Shown: in pieces, positions 47,401 to 59,400 of the stretch | How the letters are laid out: each line of letters opens with the position of its first letter | Numbering within the stretch: the stretch's first letter is position 1 | NCBI GenBank assembly: GCA_905178155.1 | Contig: CAJINV010000006.1 | Coordinates: 1,551,876 to 1,615,875, forward strand | DNA length: 64,000 nucleotides | Direction: 5' to 3' | Source of the DNA: Amoebophrya sp. A120 | Taxonomy: Eukaryota > Protista > Dinoflagellata | Made by a program: the position numbers and the translations under genes | The notes under the pieces: model-generated | Database searches by the model: none | Told to the model about the DNA's origin: nothing | What the model saw: the letters and a program-made list of their open reading frames with translations, nothing else

Positions 47401-50400
47401 ATACGAGTACGATACTTGTGCAATGCATATGAACCAGAAGCCCAAGCACAGCTACTACACGAGTCACGTGGAGCGGAAAGGGTCCCACGCGTACGAACCC
47501 TCTCCTTCTCCGGTTGTAGAGGAAGTTGAGAACAAGAGCCTGGTGTGCCGAGACGATAATTACTGCACGTCCCGGGGCGGCAAGCGCGGGTTTGTGGACT
47601 GCTGCTCGTGTGACGCGGCGCTTGGCCAGGAAAATTGTGAGGACCAGTCTGTAAACCAGGACGAGAAAATGCAGAAGGCCACCTGTCGCGACGGCTGGAC
47701 CCCGAAGCAATCGAAAAACAGTAACGAACTATCGATAGAAAAAAAAATGTGTATAGTGTCACCGTGTAGGAGAGCAGCATCGCAAATTCGTTTTGCATTT
47801 TATACAGGGCAGATCTGTCATGCGCAACTAGTATACGTGGAAATAACACGCTTGAAAGTTGTAGGCTATGACGCAGATCCAGCATGACAAGTGTAACAGT
47901 TTTATTCCATTATTTCCTGCATCACAGACTTTGACTTACACTTACATAGTTTTTGTCTTGCATACGAACCGAGCCACATGTATTCTTTATCCTGAGTAAA
48001 AACGTACCCACACCAGAGTCAGGATGGGGATTTTGCAACACAAACCTAGGAGTTTTGTGAGTCACGCATGACAAGTTTCAGTCCGTAAGGTAGTGCAAGT
48101 TAGCAAGGAAAGCCGCATCACAAATCGATCTGCTAATCCTGTTTACAGCATTACAAGTTCCCAAACACGATTGAAAATGCCTGTCATGGGGTTGCGCATC
48201 ACAAATGTTCCTGTCATGGCAAATCTGCATGACAACTCTGGTGTGGGGACGTTTTTACACAGGATATTCTTGCTGGAATCCTCTGTGCGAAGACGGGTAT
48301 GCATTGCAAATATGTCTGGGTCTGGAAATTTGTGTTGCTGACACTCGCATCAGAAGGTAACGGTAACCGCTTATACAGCATAGTAGCATCAGAAGTTTGA
48401 TGGCAAGGCTGATTGCAGCTGATTTATTCATAAAACGCATGACAAACTTCCATCCGGCACGACAAAAAAACTGGCGCATCGCATTCATGCATTACAGATC
48501 TTCTTGTCCTTCAATTCTCCCATGACAAATCCAGACCCAGACCACATATTTGCAATGCATAACGGGGATAGTACTGCAACCGCTCCTCCTGTAGTTACGC
48601 CAAGAACAACTCCTTCGAGCACCACCACCTACGTCCCCTTCGCCCCGCTGGAGCCGCAAGAGGAAGACGTCCCAGCCTGCCTAGAGCTGGAACCGAACGA
48701 GGCTCAGAAGGTTCTCGCCTTTGACATCAGCGCCACGGCGCGGAATAAGATCAACTGGTATCACAAGGAAAAATCCCGCCTCCCCATATCAAAAGGAAGT
48801 TTCTGATGCTGGATTTGCGTATACGAATCAGGTTTGTCTTGCAGTAGAGGACTGCAGGCTCTTCCAAGCCTGAGTAGAGGGCTTGTGGCCTAGGCGCTTA
48901 GCATGAGAAACGACTATGCTGTAGGCCCAAGAGCATCACAAACCGCCTGCATAATGCGGCAGAGCCTGTGGAGTTGTCTTCTTGCAAGACAGAAGTGATT
49001 TGCGGTCTCAAATCAGCAAGACAAATTTCCGGAAACATACCTTTTCGATATGGGGAGGGGGGAGTTTTCCTCTCAATAACTGGCAGAGTATCACGAACTT
49101 CTACGACCTATCAAATGTAAAAATGTCTGGGTCTGGAAGAGTCACGCTGTTTTTGCATGACACAGGAGGTCTGGTATGGAAGCGCTAGCATTAGAGGTTT
49201 CGAGAAGCTTCCGCAATGCCGAATCCGCATGACAAATGTCGCCCCGCTTTGGTGACAGAAAGTGGGCAGCTTTTGCTACCCATGCATGAGAGATTTTTCT
49301 GTGTTCTGAAATGCACATCACAAGTTTGTATTCTTCCAGACCCAGACACTTTTACATTTGATACGACCTATCCGATAGAAAGGTTGGGCGTCGCCGCCGG
49401 CATGTTTCGGATCATTTCCACGTGCATAATCGCCGCCGGCATATCTCTTACCACAATCGTCGCCGCCGGGGCCATGACGACAAATACGACAATGAGACTC
49501 CCATCTCGTGCGATGAGGACACCGTGCAACTGTTCTGGAATACGGACCATTTTCGTGCCGAGGTCCCCGCCGGGAAGCCCTATTCGGCTCACAGCACCGG
49601 GGGGTGCATTCTCCTCGATCATCAATATAGGGAAGTCTTGTCTCATGAGGACAATAACTACGACCGTGCTTTTGTGGCGCAGTTGCTCACGCACGTGGCC
49701 AGCGGCAAGAAGGTGATCGTGGTGGCGGCTCACTTATGCAGTGCAAAAATGTCTGGGTCTGGAAGGTTGGAACTGGTCATGCTAAATCTGAATCACGCAA
49801 AAATCTGTGTTGCAGGATTGCCAAATGCTGTCCACTTTTGATCAAGTTGAGAGGCAGTTTCTCATGCAGGATAGGCATGATAGTGATCTTCGCGCGGAAT
49901 CTGTCATATTAGGCCCTCCGTTACAGATCATATGGGTCATGGAAAACCTGCATGACAAGTCGCGCAAAGTTCCAGACCCAGACATATTTGCATTTGATAT
50001 CACTTTCCGTTCAACGCCAGCTGGCGTACACACAGGAGGAGAAGAGGGGGTCACTATGAAAGCCTGCCTCAGGTTGGAAATCCTCAAAGTGGAAATAATT
50101 TGTAATGCAAAAAAACGACTCGAGTTGAAGCGCCATTTCTAGTCGGCGCATGGCAAATTTTCCGGGCACTCAAAGTATGTCTGTCATGCTACGTAGGCAA
50201 AGGGGTGCCCTTCTCTCGTGCTAATTAGCAGCCCAATTCTGAACCCCTAGCAGGACAATAGTCTGTCTCCATTGTGTCCTCTGCAATACAGTCTTTTTTG
50301 ACTACTTGCATTTCATGCATCACAAATCATTTCCACTTTGAGGATTTCCATTCTGAGGCTGTCATAGTCACCATGGGGAGTATATTAGCTACGTGTTCTG

Positions 50401-53400
50401 GAAGAAAATCCGGCTTCGTGTATCATTTGTAAAAACGTCCTCTCCGCCTCCCCAGAGTTGTCATGCAAATCTGCATGCGTAAAATGTTTCTCATGCTGGG
50501 AGCCACATGAGAAGCAGTTATTTCTAGTGGTGTGTTTTGAGATTTGTCATGCTCAAATCAGCATGGTATGCTGCTATATCTGCGAATTGCTGCTGCACTA
50601 GCTAAACGCGACTTCTACGCTACGAGTCCAATATGAAATGCAAAAGCATCGTACTAGTATAAATCGCATGACAAATTTCCTCAGCATTAGAAATAAAATT
50701 TGTAATGCAGGTTTGCCTTAAGAACGAGATTTGTAATGCATGACTGCGATTACTACGAGTACGATACTTTTGCACAGGATATCCAAATCTGTCATGCAAA
50801 ACAACCGAAAACTTGTGGATTTGTCTACAGCCGAAGATTTTGCCCCATCTTGACTATGTGGTCGTGGGGACGTTTTATTTCCACAGGATATCGTGTTGAG
50901 AACGCGGGGCTCGTCGAGGCCGCGGGACCGGACGGATTCGACTGGCTTTTGGTGGGGAGTCTGAACGACGAGCACCATTGGGACTCCCACGACGAGCACT
51001 CCCAGGGCCCCGAATATCTCGCGCACGACGCGGAATTTCACGGCCACAGGGAAATAGGCTGGAACCGGGTCGCCGACCGACGCCGCGTGACAGTCACGAA
51101 AATTTGGAACCGAGAAACAAAGACCTGCTGCGATAGCCGCGACGATAGCGACTGGAAATACCGGTTCGACGCAATGGAAACGATATGGAATGCAAATACG
51201 TCTGGGTCTGGAAGCGTGGAACTTGTAATGCTGTCTGCGGATTCTAAAAATGTCTGTGTTGCATGAGCAGCAAGAGGAGTCAGCTCTTGGCACGCAGAGA
51301 GGCAGAGGGCATTTCTCATGCGTCTTCTACGCACTAGCTAAACGCGACTTCTACGCTACGAGTCCAAATCTGTCGTGCACAACGCCCAAAAACTTGTGGA
51401 TTTGTCTAGCCGAAGATTTTGCCCCATCTTCACTATGGGGTCGTGGGGACGTTTATGCATTGCAAAAGTATCGTATTCGTATAATTGCAATACAAATTTC
51501 CTCAGCATGAGAGATAAAATCTGTCATGCAGATTTACGTTGAGAAAAAAATTTGTAATGCAGGACTGCAATTACTACGAGCACGATACTTTTGCACAGGA
51601 TAACTTTTATTTTCCACAGGATATCGTGTTGAGAACGCGGGGCTGGTCGAGGCCGCGGGACCGGACGGATTCGATATGGGGTTCTCAAACGTTACATTCT
51701 CAACTGTTACAGGAGTTTGTGATGCAAGAACAGCAATAGGGAAAGGGGCAACCTTGCAAGTCTTGCATCACAAATTTGGCACAGATTTAGGTGCTGATTA
51801 GCCCTGCGATAATTTGTCATGCGAAGCAACTTGATCTTGATCGTTTGGCGGCGCATGGTCATTTTGCATGACAAAGCATGTAACAGTTGAGAATGTAACG
51901 TTTGAGAGCGCCATACTCGACTGGCTTTTGGTGGGGAGTCTGATATCAAGAGGAAAAATGCCCCCTCAACATGTCGAAAACGAAATTTTTTGTGTTGTTT
52001 TATTTGAGTACACAAATCGACTTGTATTGCTAGAAGGCCACGAGACGCAGCTGCTCCCTCGTTTGGAGGCAATTTGATGTCATGCTGCTTCCCGTTGCCA
52101 GTTGCTTCCTGTCATGCTGAAGACGCACGGCCTTCCTGCGCCAGCCAGCACTACAGTCCGCAACTCTTCCCTTCTAGCATGAAGTCGTGACTTGTGACCA
52201 CAAATCAGCATCACAAATTTCCGGTTTGATGTGGGGAGGGGGGGGGCTTCACTTTGATATCTGAACGACGAGCACCACTGGGACTCCCACGACGAGCACT
52301 TATCCCACGAAAAAACAGTTTCATTGTGAACTTGTGACGCATGGAACGGAGCACACAGCTACTTGTCTTGCTACACATGCAAGACATGTGGATTTTTAAG
52401 TTTGTTTTTCCTTGGGAAGTGCGCATGGCAAATTTTCTGTGCGGCCATGTGTAACAAACTTGTGTTGCAGATCTTGCAAAATCATCACAGTGAAACAGTT
52501 TTTTCCTGCGATTATAGCACTCCATGGGCCCGGAATATCTCAAGCACGACGCGGAATTTCACGGCCACAGGGAAATAGGTATCAAATGCAAAAATGTCTG
52601 GGTCTGGAAGGGTGCAACTTGTCATGCTAAATCTGAATTTTACAAAAGTCTGTGTTGCATGAGTGCCAAGAGCTGTCCACTTTCGAGTACAATGGGAGGG
52701 CGTTTCTCGTCATGCAGGATAGGCATGATAGAGACCACCTCACGGAGTCTGTCATGCTAGGTCCCGCATTTTTCCAGACCTCGTGGGTCATAGAAAACCG
52801 GCATGACAAGTTTACACTCTTCCAGACCCAGACATTTTTGCATTTGATACCAGGCTGGAACCGGGTCGCCGACCGACGCCGCGTGACGGTCACGAAAATT
52901 TGGAACCGAGAAACAAAGACCTGCTGCGATAACCGCGACGATAGCGACTGGAAGCACCGGTTCGACGCAATGGAAACGATATGGAATGCAAATTATATGT
53001 CTGGGTCTGGAAGAGTCCGAATTTGTAATGCTGTCTGCGGATTCTAAAAATGTCTGTGTTGCATGAGCAGCAAGAGGAGTCAGCTCTTGGCACGCAGAGA
53101 GGACGACATTTTTCATGCGTATATCTATATATAGCATCAAGAAGCTGCAAAATAAAATCTGTGATGCTAGCACCAGCATCACAGACCTCATGGGTCATGC
53201 AAAATGTGCATGACAAGCCCCAACTCTACTTCCACCAGACCCAGACATTTATTGCATTTGATAAACGACCCTCGGGTACGATATGGGACGCTTGTATCAT
53301 GATCACGACTATCGCAAAAATCTTCCAGTGTACGAACTCGGCAAGGGTATCGGGGAGGGAGACGAGAGCTCGACGCTGATCGCGCCGGAAACCCACCACA

Positions 53401-56400
53401 TGGTGGCAACGTGCTTTACGATTCCGGAGCGAGGCAAGAAGACGATCAACTCGGACACCTGCAAATCCTTTTTCAACGGGCTCCGCATGTATGACAGCCG
53501 ACAGCCGGAGGAGAATCCCTGCATGGGAATATCAAAATGAAAAATCCCCCCTCCCCATATCAAAACGGAAATTTGTGATGCTGATTTGCGGCCACAAATC
53601 AGCTTTGTATTGCAGAGAGGCACTGCCGCCGGATCCCCAGGCTAGGTAGGGAACGTATGGGTCTAGCAGTTCAGCATGGGAAACGGACCCCCTTTAGGCC
53701 CAACAGCATGACAAATCGCTTCCATAATGGGGCGGAAGCTTCTGCCCTTGTCTTCTTGCAAGACAGATGTGATTTGTGACCTCAAATCCGCAACACAAAT
53801 TTTTGAAAACATACCTTTTCAATATGGGGAGGGGGGATTTTTCCTCTCAATAGGGAAGGTTCCATCTCCACGGAGGGCTGCACCCGGATCTGGTGGAACA
53901 CGATCCGCTTCTAGAGGATGCGGACCCCTCCGTCCGCCAATCCTACTGCCCCGAGGTATTTCACGCCCACTCGTTGGCCTCCGAAGTGGAGAGAGATCGC
54001 CGGAAAATGGCCGAGATGCTGAGGGGTTTCAAGCTGCCCAATCCGGCAGAGGGGATATCAGAGTGCACAACTCCGCCGTCGTCCCCTCATTTGTGGTCTC
54101 ATCGAAGATCATACCAAATCCAGTTGCGGCCTTGTGGCTGTACTGTTTGCATTGCAAATTCTGGAAGTAGCTCCAACAGTTGTACTCCTACACTCAGCGC
54201 ATTAACAAGAACTTGTCATGCACAAGGGCCACGCGAGCTGGTGTCTGTATTGCTGTTCGTGCTACACAAGCGTTGGAAAGGCAGAGGTGTGTACTTTCAT
54301 AGGGGGACCCGGAGATGCAAAGCGGCGCGTCTTCCTTCGGAGTGGCGCAGTGGGCGCCCGTATCAAATGTAAAAATGTCTGGGTCTGGAAGAATGCAACC
54401 TGTCATGCTAAATCTGAAGCATGCAAAAATCTGTGTTGCATGATTACCAAAAGTTGTCCAGTTTTGACCAAGTCAGGAGGGAGTTTCTCATGCAGGATAG
54501 GCATGAGAGAGATCGCACAGAATATGTCATACTAGGTCCTGCATTCCAGACCTCATGAGTCATGGAAAAGCCGCATGACAAATCGCGCATTCTTCCAGAC
54601 CCAGACATTTTTACATTTGATAGCCCGCGCCCGACTTCGTGGAGGAAGTGAAGGATCGCAACGATGCCCTGCGGAAGAACTACCGCGAAGGGCTGACCAA
54701 CTTGTTCGAGAACACGAACCTGGGGCTCCTGCACATCCTGTACACCACATTTACCTCGAAGCCGGCCTTCGATTACGGGGAAGAAGGCGAAGCTAGCCCG
54801 TTTGTTACCAATGAGGGCAAGGGGGTCAAGAAGTACGAATTCTTTGCCGACCGGGAGGCCACCTTGGAGGAAGAAAAAATGGATGATGGGCTAAAATTCA
54901 GGACCATCAGTCCGTCCCCGCGTACTTCGGGGGAGGACCGCACCAAGCAGGAAGACTACTTTCAAAAATCCTCGAAGCGCCTCGACTTGTTCGATGACCT
55001 CTGCGGCCCGGAAAGCCAAAACGTTCCATATGCATTGCAAATATGTCTGGATCTGAAAAAGTGAAACCTGTAAGTATCGCGTCTTCTGGATTCCTGTAAA
55101 AGCTGTATTGCATGACCAACAAAAAAGAGGCCTTTTTTGTCATGCAAAAGCACAGTTTCTCTTTCTCATGCCATGCGCGCTACGCATCAGGAAGCGTCGT
55201 CAGAACTTGTCATGCTTGGCTGCACTCAGGAGTCCGCTCAAGCGTCTGTACTCAGCATGACAAGTTTCCAGACCCACACATATTTGCATTTGATATTCCC
55301 CCGGAAACCCTGACGTCTACCGAGTGGCTAAACAACCAACGGTTGCCGCCGGTGGATTCCGTGTCTTTTCAAGAAGGAGTTAACCACGTACCGTGGAATT
55401 GCAAGGAGATGACCACGCGAAATCAGATGTACCAGCAAGTACGTTACTACCACCTCCGCGGCGCCATGCCGAATAAGCAGCAGTGGGACACGATCACGAA
55501 CGGGGTGCGGTATTCGGAGTAAAAACGTCCCCACCCCATCCGTCGTTTCTCTGTGCTTTGATTTGGTCTTTTCCAGTACATAAACACCCCAGAGTTGTCA
55601 TGCAGATTTGCGATTACAGGAAGATTTGCAATGCGCCTCTCCATGAGAGGCATTTCCAATCGCGTTTTGGAATTTGTAATGCTGTAGACGGGATGAGCAG
55701 ATGGATTTGTGATGCGGCTGTACTTGCTAAACTGCACTACAATACGGACTGGAATTTGTCATGCGTTGCCCCCAAAGCTTCTGGGTTTGTGTTGCTAGGT
55801 TCCCAAGTTGACTCTGAAGTGGGGACGTTTTTACTTATGATATGCGGAGCAACTTGTTCTTTGAGGAGATCCCGAAGGACCACAACCCCGGTGATGATCA
55901 GGCGGGAGGTATTCCGTCGTACGAGAACCAGTTTCAGTGGGAGCGGAACACGCAGAGCCCGATGCCGTGTCAGCACAGCCGGGTGCAGCTCTTTTGGAAC
56001 CGGAGGTTTTTCTATCTCAGTGTATGAACTGCAAGTATGTCTGGTTCATCTTGAAGAATGCAAGTTTGTCATGCAGCTTGTCTGGCATGACTCATGATCA
56101 TAAATCTGTAATGCACGAGCAGGAAAAGGGCCTCTTGCCTGTCATGCAAAAACGCAGTTTGCCATGCGGAATCCGAAACACAGTAGCAGTTGAAAAATTT
56201 GTCATGCTTGGCTGCGTATTGCAGTCCGCCCACCAGTCACATTTTAGCATCACAAGTTTCCAGACCCAGACATATTTGCATTTGATACAGTGAGGGCGGA
56301 GTCGACGGCAAAGATCCGCTCACGGACTACGGAACCACCACGGGCGGCTGCATTGCCTGGGACCCGGAGCTGAAACACGTGTTGGAGGAATTCGACAAGT

Positions 56401-59400
56401 CAGGCGTTTCAAACTACGACCGTGCGTTCGTTGCCGCGAAGCTGGTGCACCGGCAGACCTTAAAGAAAATGATTGTGGTATCTGTGGTCTTTCCCTACGG
56501 TGACCAGGAACACAAGATTCCGGTCGTGTACTGGAAAAAAGTTCAGGAGCACATTCTGGACGCCGGCATGGTCGCGGAGTTTGGTAACGACGTTGACTCC
56601 GAGCAATTTGACTACATCGTGCTTCTCGCAAATGCCAGCGGCGACAACGCCGGCGACCAGTTTCCAGTCACGCCAGCACCCCCAGTAACGACAACAAGGG
56701 CATATCAAATGTAAAAGTGTCTGGGTCTGGAAGAGTCCGAACTTGTGATGCTGCATTTGGATTCCAAAAAAATCTGTATTCCGTAAGCAGCTAAGGGAAT
56801 GCAATTTTTGCTACGCTGAGAAGACATTTGCCATGCGGAAAAGGCATCAAGAAGCCCTCAAAAAGCCTGTGATGCTAGGGCAGGCATCACAGACATCATG
56901 GCCCATGCAAAACGTGCATGACAAGTCTCATAATCTTCCAGACCCAGACATTTTTGCACTGCATAGGGCACCCTCGACGACCACGACTGCTACGCAAAGA
57001 AAAAACTGTGTAAGTGTTAACTTTCTTGGAGGAACAGCATCACAAGTTTCTTGCTCTGCATGTCAGAGAAATAAACCCGTCTTCATGCGTAGAAGCTAGT
57101 ACTTGAAAACACGTACGAAACCAGCCTCTGACGCATGTCCAGCATGACAGCTCTAACGCTCTTGCATCGTCTGCAACACAATCACAAATTTGTTTACGCA
57201 GTTTTTTTCTTGCATAACTGCCCCCCCGCCAGAACCGGTCGAACCGAACTATGGCGTTCTCAACTGTTACATTCTCAACTGTTACATGAATTTGTTATGC
57301 AAGAACAGCGAAAGTGAAAGACAGGATCTTCCAACTTTTGCATTACAGATTTGACGCAGACTCAGATGCTGTTTAGCCCTTCGAAACTTTATCATGCCAA
57401 GCCGCTCGGCCGTGTGGTTGTTTATGGTATTTTTGCATGACAAATCATGTATACAGTTGAGAATGTAACATTTGAGAATCCCATACGAACCCCGCACCAG
57501 TCCCGGCACCGGTCGAACCGAACCCCGCCCCCGTGCCGGCACCACCACCGGATGAAAATAACCCGACGCCCACCACACCGCCAGAACCCTCGAAGTGCCT
57601 GTGCTCCAATGGCCTTGCGGACTGGAGAGGCAGCACCGGGAAGGGCTGTGATCCGTACAATGCCCAACTATCAAATGCAAAAATCCCTGGATGTCTGGAA
57701 GAGTCGGGACTTGTCATGCACATTTTGCATGACCCGTGAGGTCTGTGATGCTGGTGCTAGCATCACAGATTTTTTAAGAGCTCCTTCTCGATGCTATATA
57801 ATATACGCATGAGAAATGTCCTCTCCGCGTAGCAAGAATTTTTAGATTCCTTTTGCTGCTCATGCAACGCAGATATTTTTAGAATTCGCGGACGACAGCA
57901 TTACAAGTTACAACTCTTCCAGACATCCAGGGATTTTCACATTTTATCCCACGAAAAAACTGTTTCACTGTGATGATTTTGCAAGAACCGCATCACAAGT
58001 TTGCTACACATGACACAGAAAATTTGCCATGCGCGTTTCCCAAGGGAAAACACGCATGGAAATCCAATGTCTTGCAGGTGTAGCAAGACAAATAGTTCTG
58101 TGCGCCATTTTCTGCATCACACGTTCACAGTGAAACAGTTTTTTCTTGCGATACATTTGATAACAACAGCAGTACTGCAAAAGCTGCAACACCAACTACC
58201 GCCTGCGGCATATCCTGAGTAAAAACGTACCCACACCAGAGTCACGATGGGGATTTTGCAACACAAACCTAGGAGTTTTGTGAGTCACGCATGACAAGTT
58301 GAACTCGGCAGTGTAGTGCAGGCTAGCAAGTGCACCCGCATGACAGATTCATTTGCTCATCCTGTTCACAGCATCACAAATTCCAAAACACGATTGGAAA
58401 TGGCTCTCATGGGGATGCGCATTACAAGTCTTCCTGTCTTTGCAAATCTGCATTACAACTCTGGCGTGGGTACGTTTTTCCTCGGGATACGGCACAACTG
58501 GCCGAAGAACGGAGAAATCTCCTGCTACCCGGTGTGTGGCGCTCCCGAAAACCAAAATATCGTAAGGAAAAATCCCCCCTCGTCCCCATATCGAAAAGGC
58601 ACGTCTCAGAAAATTTGCAATGCTGATTCGTGGCCACAAATCGTCTCTGTCTTGCAAGCACGCAACTCCACAGACAGCCGCCGCATTCTGCAGGCGGTTT
58701 GTGATGCTGCTGACCCTACTACAGCCTGGACGTTTATTGCCATGCTCAGCGCCTAGCCCAAAACCTTTCTACTCAGCAGGCCTAGTATAGGCCCGCAGTC
58801 CTCTCCAGCAAGACAAATCTGATTTGTGTAGGCAAATCCAGCATGCGAAAGCTCGTTTTGATATGGGGAGGGAAAAAGTTTTTCCTTTTGATACAAAACT
58901 GCCGGACCCCGGACGAAGAAACCGGGGTGTATTGGGGGCCGTCACCTCCCCAAAAGTTTTGCTACCAAGCTCTATTGCCAGGTGTGTTGGGCGACAACCC
59001 CCGGGATATCGACGCTGTCACCGTGTTGGACCAGGGCTACCCACAAATATCCTGTGCAAATATGTCTGGGTCTGGAAGATTGCAAGATTTGTAATGCTCT
59101 GCTGACAGGAGAGAAAGATCTGTCATGCGTGTTGCGCCGCTACCAAGCTATTTTTTTGTGATGCAAAAACGCAGTCTGCGATGCAGTCTACGCAAGACCA
59201 AGTCGCTCAGAAACTTGTCATGCGCGTCCCCATATAGACTGTGGGCTGCTTGTGATTCGCAAACTAGCATCACAAAGTTCCAGACCCAGACATATTTGCA
59301 ATGCATAACAAAACATGTGCCACACATCGTGTTGCCTGATGGGGTGCCGCCGTCCGCCTTTAAATGCGCGCTACTGGTCTTACCTGGTGGAGGAACTGAC

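Larger units (their letters stand above)
50595..53120 (+). repeat. Tandem exon duplication with breakpoints inside introners (about 50595-51323 vs 51331-53120)
   Basis: Exon VENAGLVEAA..RFDAMET occurs twice, each with parts of the flanking elements. Confidence 0.9.
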
